Source: Octopus sinensis
Taxonomy: Eukaryota
Direction: 5' to 3'
Assembly (NCBI RefSeq): GCF_006345805.1
Contig: NC_043000.1
Span: forward strand, 22,878,001-22,942,000
DNA: 64,000 nt
Within the stretch, counting starts at the first letter, position 1; the number at the start of each line of letters is the position of its first letter. Position numbers and translations under genes: made by a program. The notes under the pieces are model-generated. The model did no database searches. It worked only from the letters and a program-made list of their open reading frames with translations, and was not told where the DNA came from. This document shows, piece after piece, positions 25,831 through 39,130 of the stretch.

Positions 25831-26020
25831 AGAAGCTTTAGTGGCTAGCGGTCGATCATGACGATGGCTGGATATATATGCGTGCATATGTGTTGAAAAT
25901 TGAAGTGGTATGGCAACATTGAAAGAGAAAGAATTAAAAACTTCCTCTCATTATCCATGAAACATATGGGTGTAAGTGTGTGCGCGTATGTATGCGTAGA
26001 TTTGTGTGTGCGTATGTGTG

Positions 26021-26055
<35 letters not shown>

Positions 26056-26599
26056 TGTGTGTGTGTGTGTTGTGTGCGTGTGTGTATGTGTGCTTACGAT
26101 CACTTAAACGATGCATGCACTCTTAAGTACATACATATATTTTGTATTTTTCTGCATAATCATTTGTACCTTAACAGATATTCACAGCCAATACAATAAT
26201 ATATGTCGATACCCACGCGCGCACATATTTTTAGTGCTCGAGCCCTTGTGTGTATCGTTTGCTCGTCTGTGTGCCCAGTTGTATGCACGCACAAAAGACA
26301 AAGCTGATAACGCATGTACACACATAGAGGCACTGAGGGGAAATGTGTGTAAACACGTAAACGAACATGTGTATACGAACCATGTGTCCCATAAGTGGTT
26401 GACTCATTAAAGTTAGTTATGTAGAATCTTTTTGTGGATACCTGTATGAATTTGTAGATAACTGTATTGAATGTAGCTTTACATTGTAGGGATAGCTGGA
26501 GGGCCAGTTTTCAGCAGGGAAGTTACTTATTGTATTTAGGATTATTTTAAAGAGAGGACAGGGGAAAAGTAATTATCTTAATTGGCTGTAGTAGAAATT

Positions 26600-26975
26600 T
26601 ATAGGTTTGAAATATCTTAAAGCTTAAAGATTTACTGTTTGCAAGGAGAGACTAATTTGGAGTCGCAGTAGAGTAGTTGAGTTTCAGAGAAGAGAATTTG
26701 ATTGGATTCAACGATTGGCAAGGTTTGCTTTTTGTTGGTAAGGTTGAGTATAAGTCAATAGTTTCCAGTTAATGCCATGGGAGCATTTTTCGACTTCAGT
26801 AATCATATATATTTAGGAAGTGGTGATGCCGTGGTTTTTCTCTTCGTGTTAAATGTGTGCGTATGTTGATGGTACCTTGATTTTAACGTCTTAGCAGTTA
26901 AACTTATATGTATGGCTATAGCTGGTTTTGTACTATTTTTGGTAACTATTGCAATATAGATTATGTTACTAACGA
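26600..26975 (-). pseudogene. Decayed Penelope-like GIY-YIG endonuclease fragment
   Basis: NIIYIAIVT...HISLTAKTLKSRYHQHTHTF...LPKYI*LLKSKN matches the PLE pattern VIYxAxV...YIGxT...FKxRYxxHxxxF...SKYIWxLK. Confidence 0.65.
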
Positions 26976-27638
26976 ATCGGATTCCTTTTGAGAGCAGAAT
27001 GAAAGAGTTTAAGGCTAGACGTATGATTTAGTTTTCATAAGATAAATGATTGGAGGTTGTAATTAGCTAGATTTTCTTTCAAAGTTGTCTGTTGTATACT
27101 GGTACACACATACAACCACCACCGCCACCACACCACCGCCACCACACCGCCACCATACCACACACATGTGCATGCACTACCCGGGGCACTCAGAGTTGTC
27201 TGCTGTTGAACATATATATTCTTTTATTAGGAAAGATGGATGCTGACTTTAGGGGAACGACCTTTCCCTTAAAGTCAGCATCTATCTGCACTAAATCCCG
27301 CTTCTTTCCTCCCTCCCTCCTCTTCTTTATTCTTAACAACTTTAGACAATTCCTCACTTCCAAATATTAGGCTCTTCCTTCACTTTTTTTACTTACTGAA
27401 TGTTTTGTTTCTTCGTTTTTTTTATATCTGGTATTTTACTCTGTTTTTCCGGCCTCGCCACTCATTCCTAATTACATCTCCTGCGAGTTAACGACAATGA
27501 AACCTTCTTCATATAATTAAGATATCTTCGGCCTGGTGAGTAGCGAAGTAGCATTCGTGGAGTAATTATTACATCAGACGATCTGCTAGCTAGGAAACAT
27601 GTAATCTGGATTTTACCTGTTCCACTCCCTCAATTTGG

Positions 27639-27669
<31 letters not shown>

Positions 27670-27673
<4 letters not shown>

Positions 27674-28093
27674 CTCTTTTACTTGTTTCAGTCATTTGAC
27701 TGCGGCCATGCTGAAGCACCGCCTTTAATCGAGCAACTCGACCCCGGGACTTACTCTTTTGTAACTCCAGTACTTATTCTATCGGTCTCTTTTGCCGAAA
27801 CGCTAAGTAACGGGGACATAAACATACCAGCATCGGTTGTCAAGCAATGCTAGGGGGACAAACGCAGACACACAAACACACACACGCATATATATATATA
27901 TACATATATACGACGGGCTTCTTTCAGTTTCCGTCTACCAAATCTACTCACAAGGCTATAGTAGAAGACTATAGTAGAAGACTATAGTAGAAGGCTATAG
28001 TAGAAGACATTAGCCCAAGGTGCCGCGCAGTGGGACTGAACCCGGAACCATGTGGTTGGATAGCAAGCTACTTACCACACAGCCACTCTTGCA

Positions 28094-28095
<2 letters not shown>
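27670..28095 (-). mobile_element. SINE family B with four tandem CTATAGTAGAAG(A/G) units
   Basis: Reverse complement of the family B consensus; 13-bp unit repeated at about 27957-28008. Confidence 0.85.
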
Positions 28096-28132
<37 letters not shown>

Positions 28133-28454
28133 CCAGAACCACGCTAATAGCTTAGGAGTAAAATTTAGGATTTCTCGGTTTTCTGTGAATCGATTTTGAT
28201 ACAACTTTTCCGAGCTGGTTTGCATACTATCGCAACACCATTATTATGTTTTCATTATTCTGCGCAACGCCCTTTTTTTATTTCAGGTTCTTCAGTTTTG
28301 GGGTGAACCACTCTAATAGCTTTAGAATGAAAAGAGCCCGTCTAAACATTTTTTTTTCAGAATATGAAAGATAATGATACATATTTAGTATACATTGAGT
28401 ATATATTTAACAGAATACCATAATAATATTATAACATTTGTTGACATAATGAAT

Positions 28455-28880
28455 TATTTAGCCACATGAGCGCCAGTTCGACGGAGAACATCAAAAACCC
28501 TATTAGTCATGGAATCTGTCAATTTCTTAATAATAGCAGATTGGACTGTCTGTGCTGCAGCTTTGATGGTCGCCCGTAAGACATCTTTCGACGTAAATTG
28601 GCGTCCATCGGCATAAATATCTCATTTAATGATGGACCAAAGATTTTCGATAGGGCTGAGATCCGGACACGCTGGCGGCCACACCATCAACCTTTTATCT
28701 TGTATACCGTAAGACCCCAGTAATGTTTGGGTGGTCCTAGCAGAGTGGGAGGGAGTGTTGTCATGCATGAATACGAGAGTCCTTAAAAGTGACAGCAGTA
28801 TGTCGTCTAGCCAGGGATCCAAGACCTCCTTCAGGAGGTTGCAGTAGGCGGCTGCAGTCACTTTAACCCTTTCAGGCACC
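28455..28880 (-). pseudogene. Tc1-family transposase C-terminal fragment
   Basis: VFMHDNTPSHSA...WPPACPDLSPIENLWSIIK (DD34E-type motif), followed by a stop. Confidence 0.88.
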
Positions 28881-29853
28881 GATTAACTCTTTCGGCCACT
28901 AAAACTATTGCAAATTTCTCCTAATTGCCAACTTTATAAGTGGATGTTTCGCATTGCGTTTCTTACAGATGAAGCATTGGCCCCGTTGGAGTCATTTCCA
29001 TACCTAATCATTATATTTTGTACAAGGGGTTCTGAATGAGAGAGGAAGATGCGAGACGACCACCAAAACTGGCCGTGCATAAGTTTTCGGTCACCTTACA
29101 TAAATCAATCAAGATACAGTGTTTTAAAACAGAAAAACGTCTACAATGAAAATTTATTACATAATGTTCATTTCAAGAAGTTACTGTACATATTATACCT
29201 GTTTAGGTAGAAGTCTTGCTAGCCACCTCATTATTATTGTTTTTAACAGTAATAATGCTTCATATATTTACTCTGAGTTTCCCAGCAACAGAGTTTTGCT
29301 TCGTAGGGGTTTTTTTTAGGTTATTTCGCTTGCTTTCAACGAATGTGGCATCGAAATCACGCGTAAACGGATCCTTTCCCCAGAAAAGGGAAGATCTGGT
29401 TGCTATTTTTTCAACACCCTGCTAACACGTAAATATTTACGGTATTTTTAAAGTCATTTTCACTTTAATACATTTTTTAAATATGCCAAAAAAAATTTAT
29501 ACTGATGTTCACTTGAAAATAATTTTTTAACATATTAAAATATTGTCTGTTTAAAGAAAGCTAAAATATAAACACTTACTGTACAAACAACTTACATTTT
29601 TGAAATCACATTCAATCAAGAATATTTCTAAATGATTAAAATATTGTGTAGAACAAAAGCGAAAATAGAAACATTTACTGTAAAAAAAAAAACAGATCGT
29701 ATGTTTCCGTTGTCAAGTCACTGTATCTAATCGTAAGATAAGAGTTTCTTCCCTTTCTGGATTAAGATTATTTTCGGAATATTTACTCATTATGCGCCAG
29801 TTTGGCTGGGTAACATTGCAAGCAAGCAAGATTCATGCTGACTCTTAATGTAT

Positions 29854-29922
<69 letters not shown>

Positions 29923-30005
29923 ATATATATATGTGTGTGTGTGTGTATATATGTGTGTATATATATGTGTGTGTGTGTGTGTGCATATATATATATATGT
30001 GTGTG

Positions 30006-30050
<45 letters not shown>

Positions 30051-30052
<2 letters not shown>

Positions 30053-30600
30053 TTGGCCAAAAGGATATTTCGGTCTTTTTAGAGGAAATAAATTTTAAAT
30101 ACGGACCGATTTGTTCAAGCAATGATATAATAAACGTTTCGTTCCAGTGTCTTCTGCCATCATGTGAAGAGATCCATTATTCCCAGTGCAAAGAATGTCC
30201 TGTCTTTACTGACCAAAACTCTTCAAGGTCAATTTTTACAACCACTTCAGAGTTTAAGGTCTCTCTATTCAATGAAGTTTGAAGAGGCGAAAACAGGTGG
30301 AAATCTGAAGGCGCATGGTTGGGCAAAAATTCCTAGAAAATAGATCGGCTATAATAATGTGGAGTGTCCGCAAAGAAGTGTGTGTCTTTATGATTAGCAA
30401 GTGCTGGACGCTTCTGGTGGATCACTGTGTTTAATTTGTCCAGCTGGTCACATTATACATCCGAATTGGTAGTCCAGTTCGTGGAAAGAAGCATGTAAAA
30501 GACGACGTTTTTCCAATCCTACCATATTGAAAGCGTAACGTTCTTCCAGCGAAGTCCTGCTTTGGAGATTGTTTGTAGTGGTTCACTACTCTTTCCCATG
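30051..30600 (-). pseudogene. Decayed mariner transposase fragment with terminal repeat
   Basis: DWKNVVFY...DQLDKLNTVIHQKRPALAN, APSDFHLF...LN; terminal CTTTTGGCCAACC-ATA. Confidence 0.75.
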
Positions 30601-30635
30601 ATTGTTTTCGCTTCACATTGTTATATATTTCTTTA

Positions 30636-30856
30636 CTACCCACAATGGGCTAAACACAGAAGGGACAAACAAGGAGAGACAAACGGATTAAGTCGATTAC
30701 ATCGATCCCAGTGCGTAACTGGTACTTATTTAATCGACCCCGTAAGGATAAAAGGCAAAGTCGACCTCGGCGGAATTTGAACCCAGAACGTAACGGCAGA
30801 CGAAATACGGCTACGCATTTCGCCCGGCGTGCTAACGTTTGTGCCAGCTCGCCGCC
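30636..30856 (-). mobile_element. SINE family A
   Basis: Reverse complement of the family A consensus. Confidence 0.88.
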
Positions 30857-31127
30857 TTGGATCGGCTTCACATTGTTATAGCCAATCTATTTTGGTTCCT
30901 TATCACCATTCTGTCCAAGAAACGATCGTTTATTTCACGTTTGTGCAACGTATCAGAGATGGAAATCCGTTGGGTGAGGTTAGCCCCATTTAATTTTTGC
31001 GGGATCCAAACATCGAGCCTAATGACGAAACCAAATTACAGTAGGTAGTTTTCAACGTTCGATTTGGATCTTTAGGGAATATCTGCGATCATCCCTGTTG
31101 TATAGCGGGAGTTGGTGTCGAGGATCT

Positions 31128-31163
<36 letters not shown>

Positions 31164-32365
31164 CCAGCGGGGTGGCGTCATTTGAAGGCGAAAACAATGC
31201 AAAAACGCATTGTGACCAGCGATGTGTAACAACCTCTGAAAACCTGGTCGGTCATGTGATAAGTATACATATAGTGAAAATTTACAAAAAAAAGACGAAG
31301 ACGGGTGTATAAACAACAAACAGGTGTTTTAGTTTAACGCTCTGGAAGTGAGAAAGTCTTTTACGTTTCGAGCCTACGCTCTTCGACAGAAAGGAACACA
31401 GAAATAAACAGGGAGAGACAATAAAAAATATACACCTACACGTACGTATATATGTGTATGTGCGGGTATGTACGTTTATATAGGGAGACACAGACATACT
31501 CACACAAATACATACGCAGATGCATAAGTACACATACGAATACACATAAGCTCATACATACACACGCACGTTCTGGTTTCAAAGATATGAAATTGAGTTT
31601 TCTATTTATATGTGCGTGTATGTATGCGTGCGTGTGTGTGTGTTTACGTGCGCGCGCTTGTGTGTATCTGTCTCTGTGTATATATAAGTCCAAAACCATA
31701 ACTTCGCAAAAATGATCCAGGTCACAATTTTAAGCGGTGTATATGCACGATCGACGAATCAAATTCTGAGAGAATGTCTACTTTTATTTCCGAAACATCT
31801 AAACTGTCTTCTTTATTCCCGTTCCATGTCGTACTTCACCGTTACTCTGACTGACATCACTCCGTCCCGCAGCGTATTATTTCATGTTACCTTTTCTTGC
31901 TGTTCGGTCACTCAACACTTCTCCATTTCAGAGAAAAGGGCTGCTGTGGGTGGCTCGGACGGCTGTTATTACAATAAACTAAATAAACTGATCTACGGTA
32001 ATTTGCAGGGAGATCGAACCACGGGACCTTCTCTGCTGCATGGTGGACTTTTTAACTATTCAACCATGCTAGTTGTACGCGAGCGTATTCAAGGGAGTGT
32101 ACTCTTGTTAAATTGTTCTGAATTACTTCCCTTAGCAACAAAAATATTTCTAAAGCACACAATTGGGTGAGAAAAGGTTTGTCCTTTTCATTACGAAATT
32201 AATGATATTAGATATCTGCCAAGTAAATAGAATTGATATTTTCTGCAAGTCACGTTGCCTCAATTAAGTTGAAATATCTCAACAGAAAATAGTTTCAAAC
32301 ATGACATTCCTCATCAAATGATTGGTAAAACTTTCTCTAAACGGGTTAATCGATTAACTTAAGTA

Positions 32366-32754
32366 CAGTAGAACCTCGCAGTACGAGTGCCCCGTTCTAC
32401 GAGTAATTTCCTGTACAAACCGAGACTCGTGCGTATTTTTGTCTTGAAGTACGAGCGGAAATCCAAAGTACAAGCATACAAATCATCCCATCTTTAAGGT
32501 AATTCAGTTAATAAAACCAGTTTACATATTTCTTTTGCATTCTCTTTTTTATAATTGTCATTTTACTTGTAACTACACCTTTTCTGTTTTAAAACTCACT
32601 AAAAAATTATTTTTGAGTGGTTTTATGGTGGGGTTGGAACGGATTAATAATATTTTGGTTAATTTCAATGGGAAAAATTGATTTGTAAAACGAGTAAATC
32701 GTAAGACGAGATCGGTCATGGAATGAATTAAACTCATACTGCGAGATATCACTG
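32366..32754. mobile_element. pogo/Tigger-like MITE
   Basis: TIRs CAGTAGAACCTCGCAGTACGAGT / ACTCATACTGCGAGATATCACTG, flanked by TA on both sides. Confidence 0.8.
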
Positions 32755-32899
32755 TATATTACTGGAGTATATTTTACTGACACCCTCTACTTCCTATTCA
32801 TTGAAAGATGAATTTTCTGACAGAATTTCAACTTACTTAGACTTAGCGGCTCACGCGTCTTGAGATGCATGAATCAGTCAAAGTATACCAGAGATTGCA

Positions 32900-33680
32900 G
32901 TTCCCCGCAATGCATTAGTCACTGTTTGGTCGATCAATATCATGTCCCTGTTGATCGTTTGGTACCAATTCTTCTGTGGTAGTTAACCCTGTCTCTTTCC
33001 ATAGGTTTTCCAATGAATGGCTTGTTTGGCGAGTTTTTCATGTAGGAATCGTATTTCGTGACCAGGTCAACTCAGACGGCATTTTCACAGAAAGTTAGAC
33101 AAAGTTTGTTGGTTGGCTCTTTTCGGCACTTCATGGTTGGTGACAAAGTCACTCCATTTGATACCAAGAATTTTACATATACATCTGTTGTTAAAGGTAT
33201 CCGATCTCTTTTCTTAATTGATTTCCATCTGCCACATTTCGCACCCACAAAATAGAGTCGTCAGTACATTACTGTTGTAGAATCTCGTCTTTGTCCTTGG
33301 GGATAATTTTTGCTCCTCAAGATCTTTCCAAGCTGGTTGAATGCAGCTGATGTTTTGCCTATTCTGTAGTCCATTCCTGTTGATGGGGCTTCCAAGGTAG
33401 GTGAAATCATCGACCACTTCTACCACATTCAGCTTGATGCAGATGTTTGTTGACGTTGATTTGAAGCCCTGGTCTGGTTACTGATGAGCCAATCTTATCT
33501 ATGAGGAACAGCAGTTTATGAGTGTTTTCAGCAAGGGTAGCAATGTCATCGGTAAAAATCAAGGTCTGTGGGTTTTTACTCTCTTGTCTTGAGTTGCACT
33601 TTTGAGCACCCAGTCCTTGACCAAGGCAAAAAATATCGGAGAGAGCAAGCAACCCTGGAGGACTCTTGTAGCAGACTAAA
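32900..33680 (-). pseudogene. Decayed RTE-clade LINE reverse transcriptase fragment
   Basis: IFTDDIATLAE, GLQINVNK, VEVVDDFTYLGS, KTRFYNSNVLTTL, KILGIKW; multiple stops and frameshifts. Confidence 0.8.
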
Positions 33681-33789
33681 GCCAATCACTGAAATGATCC
33701 TCTGTTCTTATGCAGCACTTGGATCCACTTTATAGAATTTGAACTCTCGACGTAAACTGTTATTGCTAAATTTCACAAGGTATTTGCTA

Positions 33790-33873
33790 GGATTCTAGTG
33801 TAGTGGGAGGCGGGTAATACCTTTCAAAACTTAAGAGTGGATTTGGTAGACGGAAACTGAAAGAAGCCCGTCG

Positions 33874-33937
<64 letters not shown>

Positions 33938-34170
33938 TGTGTGTGTGTGTGTGTGAGTATGTATGTGTGTGTGTGTTTGTCCCACCCACCCAACATCGTT
34001 TGACAACCGATGCTGGTGTGTTTACGTCCCCGTAAGTTAGCGGTTCGTCAAAAGAGACTGATAGAATAAGTACTAGGCTTACAAAGAATAAGTTCTGGGA
34101 TCGATGTGCTCGACTAAAGGTGGTGCTCCAGCATGGCTACAGTCAAATGACTGAAACAAGTAAAAGAGGA
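33790..34170 (+). mobile_element. SINE family B (5'-degraded)
   Basis: GGATTTGGTAGACGGAAACTGAAAGAAGCCCG body and family B tail. Confidence 0.8.
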
Positions 34171-35403
34171 GCACTGGTCTCCGACCACTATTCATCCCTC
34201 AATTATGGCTCCCAGAAGTCGATGGTACACACTGATGCCCACATCACGCTACCCAATTTCGGCTGGTGAACAAAAAAAACTAAGTTGAAGATATCCACAA
34301 TCTCGGAAGGATGGTCGTACAGAGGATGTCACACCTTAAGTGTACGAAGACTGAAACAGCAGAACCTAAACCAGGTCAATAGCTTAGAGGGCATGACAGT
34401 AACATGTGTGGCGCATCCAGGGAACTTTCTTGACGGAATACAGACTTGTGGCCAGCCTCTGTGGAAGAGACTGGGACCCCACCATGTACATAAATTGACC
34501 CGTAGTAAACTATGGGGCTAAGATTACCTCATTAGAAACCCTTGATATTTAACTGCAGGGAAGAGAATCACCTAAAGATAGGTATAACCGTAACGTGAAA
34601 GCGAGTTTCTTGGTAGCTTGTAGCATGCTTCCGCTAATTGTTTAGGTGAGGATGTAGCCGCGAGAATACCCAGACTCTTGGCCATCCTGGTTATGATCCA
34701 ATGGAACATTGTCAGTTCGGTAGACTGAAGCAACGGGAAACGATTCCCCCTGCCTAAAATATTACATGCCACCTGGTCCAGGAGGCGAACCCAAGACTTC
34801 ATAATTATGAACCCAACACGCTAATCACTTGCCTACAGAGAGAGGTGACCACATATTTGCAAGGTAACAAGTATTCGGAGTATTACTGAAACAGGTGGAG
34901 CACTTGACTGGTACTCATTTATGGTGGTCATATTTGAACTCAGGATACGAAGTACTGTAGAGTACTAGCTTTGGTAGTGAAAGGTAAACCTTGGATTATA
35001 TTATACTGTCTCAAGTCCTAGGACCCATGGAGCCATGTTAGGATAGCGAAGCAATTGAACGGACTTGCAAAGCGCACCTTCCACGATCGAAATAATCGGT
35101 CGAGCTAAATCCAGCAGAACTTACGGATCGTGCATGGCATGCTGTACAATTCCGTCCTAATACTGCAGTTTCTGAGTATAGAACTTGAATTTCTATATTC
35201 ATTCAATCATATTTTTCACAAGATTCTTTTATGTGTTTCAGTCATTTGACTGCGGCCATGCTGGAGTAGCGCCTTTCGTCGAACAAATTGACCCCCAAGG
35301 GGTAGAGAAAAAGGAGGCGTTGAGAGGAAGGCAGTGGATTGGGGGACGCTAGGAATTTATTATATTGTTATAGCATTGTATACAAATTATAAAATATATT
35401 AAA

Positions 35404-35803
35404 CTAGCAGTATCGCCCGGCGTTGCTCGGGTTTGTAAGGGAAATAACTATATAAGCATTTTTAGAGTTATAGCCAAAAAATAGCAAAAAATGCATTAAA
35501 ATGGAAAAAAAAATGATGGTAATTTTTTTTTTAAATCGTTGACTCATCGTAGACATTTTTAGAGAGTTACTTCCCTTATATAATAGAGAAAAATGCATTA
35601 AAATGGAAAAAAATTATGGTAAATTTTTTTTTTTTAATCGTAGACTCATCGTAGACGCGCGCTAATACCTAGAAGGGCTCGATATGAATCACGACTATAA
35701 GATACCCGGTTTTGGTTAAACTGCACCGCAAAATGTGGGAGTAGTTAGGAATCTAAATCGTAGGAGACAGACACTCACACAACTTCACTTTTATATATAT
35801 AGA
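35404..35803 (-). mobile_element. Non-autonomous Helitron
   Basis: 5' TCTATATATATAAAAG, 3' CCCGAGCAACGCCGGGCGATACTG-CTAG identical to the 3408-3799 end, A/T target; different interior. Confidence 0.82.
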
Positions 35804-36244
35804 TTTCAAATGATTCGTAGTATATATGAATTAGTAAAATATCAATATTTATTTATACATAAAAATGGGAATGGGGGCGCTGAAGGCATTATGTGGCCCA
35901 AAACGTTTGAGAATCCCTGCACTAAAGTGAGTGTATTTGTGCATAAAAAATAAATGCGCCTTTTTAAAGCCTAGCCAGGCTCATGGGCCCGCTTTCCCGG
36001 TTTCTATGGCGTATGTGTTCCACAGTGTTTCCATGCGTGTGTGTGTGTGTGTGTGTGTGCGTGCGCGCTTTCCCCCACCACCATTTGACAACCTGTGTTG
36101 GTATGTTTATGTCCCTGTAACTCAGTGGTTTGGCAAAAAGACCAACTGAATAAATACAAGGCTTTAAAAAATAAGTCCTGAGGTCAATTCATTCAACTAA
36201 AACGTTCAAGGTGATGCCCCAGCATGGCCACAGTCCATCGCAGC

Positions 36245-36393
36245 GTTCCTCATTTTGCCAGCTGAGTGGACTGGAGCAACGTGAAATGAAGTGCTTTGCT
36301 CAGGAACACAACGCGTCGCTCGGTCCAGAAATCAAAACCACAATCTTACGATCATGATACTGACACCCTAACCACTAAGCCACGTGACTCCAC
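36245..36393 (-). mobile_element. tRNA-derived SINE, another family (5' part)
   Basis: TGGCTTAGTGGTTAGG A-box followed by GTGTTCCTGAGCAAAGCACTTCATTTCAC body. Confidence 0.7.
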
Positions 36394-37189
36394 TTATTTG
36401 TACATACCTTTAATTTCTTTAAAACTTTTCAGCTTACTCGAAGTTCTAGTAACCATCGTTATCTGACTTTATGTCAAAGGTTAATTGATAAAATAAATGT
36501 CAGATTGAAATACGTGATCAACACGAGGGAATAGAGTCCTTGCATGATCGCAGTCAAAAGGATATAACTGGTAAAATAAAAAGATAAAACTATACTTGCG
36601 CAAGTTATTCAGGGGGGACTATTATTCAGAGTTATTTCCCTTACATAAGACTCTAAACCGTCGAAGGAAGACAAATGATTTTTATGAACTTCGTTACATA
36701 AAAGCAAAAGAACAGCAAGATCTTGCATATAATTTTATATTTAGGTCTAGAGGATGGGATATAACCCATAGCCTTTGACGGTCCTCCGAGATCAGAGATG
36801 GACGTCGTTAATTTCTCCCCTTAAACCAGTCGGTTTCAAACGGTGCCCATATATTTTTTTGGCTCATACAGCGATCTCTTTATGCAATTGCTAACATTTA
36901 ATTCTTTACAAAAATGAGATCTTTTTATAAGATTGGAATCAGAGATGTCCATACATTAAAAAATGATTGACAAACACTTGTCATAAATTGCTACAAGTTA
37001 ATGATGGAATGAAAAGATGAGACAATTCAAAAAGAATACTAAGACCAACAGAAGTTGATCCAGAGAGGAGGAAAGATGAGGAGAAAGAAAACACATCGCT
37101 GGAAGTGATAGGACACCAGTCAGCCCCAAAGAAGAAAGATCTTTGAAAAGGCAGGGCCAAAAACAGCACGTCTGTCAAACAATAAACAG

Positions 37190-37570
37190 CATAGGCGCAG
37201 CTGTGTGGAAAAAACCTTGCTTCCCAACCACATGATTCTGGGTTCAGTCTCACTGCATGGCACCTTGGGCAAGTGTCCTCTATAGCTTCAGGATGAACAA
37301 GGCCTTGTGAGTGGATTTGGTAGACAGAAACTGAAAGAAGCCCATTCTGTGTGTGTGTGAGTATATATTTATATGTCTGTGTGTCCCCCCATCATCACCT
37401 GACAACTGATGTTGGTGTGTTTATATTCTCAAAACCTAACATTTCAGCAAAAAAAAAAAAAAAAGATAAAATATGTATTAGGCTTACAAAGAATAAGACC
37501 TGGGTTGACTTCTTCAAATAAAGGTGGTGCTCCAGCATGGCTGCAGTGAAATGACTGAAATGTGTAAAAG
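37190..37570 (+). mobile_element. SINE family B
   Basis: Head, body and tail all recognisable. Confidence 0.8.
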
Positions 37571-38875
37571 ACTATAAAAACAATATCATCTGCAACCAAT
37601 TGACTATGATAGAAGAAACAAGATCAGTTTTCAACTGCAGCTCCCAGGAACTGCCAAGACCTTCAAGCATCCTTGCAGTGGCCCTCAACAGTTTTCATCA
37701 TCATCATCGTTTAATGTCCATTTTCCATGCGTGTGTGTGTGCGCGCGTGCTTTCCCCCACCACCATTTGACAGCCTGTGTTGGTATGTTTATGTCCCTGT
37801 AACTCAGTGGTTTGGCAAAAAGACCAACTGAATAAATACAAGGCTTTAAAAAATAAGTCCTGAGGTCAATTCATTCAACTAAAACGTTCAAGGTGATGCC
37901 CCAGCATGGCCACAGTCAAATTGCTGAAACAAGTAAAAGATGAAAGCTACCCAAAGATAACAAATCCTCACCACTCAGAGAATAACTCCCTGGCGTTAAA
38001 ACAATAAACACACAAAAAGAATATGAATGTTTGAATTTTTAACTTTTTATTTTTGCTCAGAAAATTGCAAGACTTGGTAAATTCCATTTTAGTTTGTAGC
38101 TGTTGACAGACCATTCAATCATTGGTCCAAAAAACAATTTGACGTGCAACATTTAAAACTGTTGAATATCTTTAACAGCCAAACACCAAACCTTAAAATA
38201 GAATTAATTACTCAAAACTCTCTGTAAACAAAAAAAAAATTGTAAAGAATCACAAAGTCTCAAAAAATGTGCAACAACTGGACATCGTCCAGAAATCTCA
38301 GCACTGCTTTAACAGCAAGCTCTCATTCGGTCCAAGCCCTAATATAGAGGTCAGTAAAATTAACTAAAACATTAATTAATGAACATTAATTAATAAACAT
38401 CCTTCTAGAATGAAGGTGAGAAGAATTGTCTCAATGACAAAAAGAATCCGCCAGAGCTGATGATGTTGGTGGGAAGGCTTAACCAACAGATGAAAGAATG
38501 CTTTGGTTCCATTTTTAACATTTATTGGTAGAACATGCAAGAATGCTTCCTGCTGCATTTCAATGTTTTGATAAACATTCACTCCACGGCAAGTAGTAGG
38601 CAACTGGGTGGAAATATTAACACATTAAAAACAGCAACAGACTTAAATCGGTTTATAACTTTAGATAGACATTCATCTTGCTTGGATAAAGAGGATAAAC
38701 AGATAGAACTGAAGATCATTCATATAAAATTGATGAAGAAACAACTGGTATTAGAGTTAACACTAAATAAATGGCAACTGACTCAAACTTGAAGAAATTG
38801 TGAGATTTTATACTAATATATATCCTCATCATCATCAGCGTTTAACATCCGCTTTCCCTGCTAGTATGGGTTTGG

Positions 38876-38924
<49 letters not shown>

Positions 38925-38926
<2 letters not shown>

Positions 38927-39130
38927 CTTTACTACCCGCAAGGGGCCAAAGACAGACAAACGGATTAAGTCTATCACATCGACCCCAGTGCATAACTGGT
39001 ACTTAATTATCGACCCCGAAAGGATGAAAGGCAAAGTCGACCTCAGCGGAATTTGAACTCAGAACGTAACGGCAGACGAAATACAGCTAAGCACTTCGCC
39101 CGGCGTGCTAACGTTTCTACCAGCTTATCA
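38925..39130 (-). mobile_element. SINE family A
   Basis: Reverse complement of the consensus; 3' end abuts (TA)n. Confidence 0.85.

Noticed and set aside
27957-28008. CRISPR-like or regulatory short repeat array
   Set aside because: A 13-bp tandem slippage inside a SINE B copy with no spacers, in a eukaryotic context.
34200-34830. Short ORFs that might be LTR- or DIRS-type RT remnants
   Set aside because: No diagnostic motif could be read with confidence.
35880-35921. Isolated hAT-like or Tc1-like ends (also about 59460-59505 and 56798-56830)
   Set aside because: Single termini without a partner TIR or TSD.
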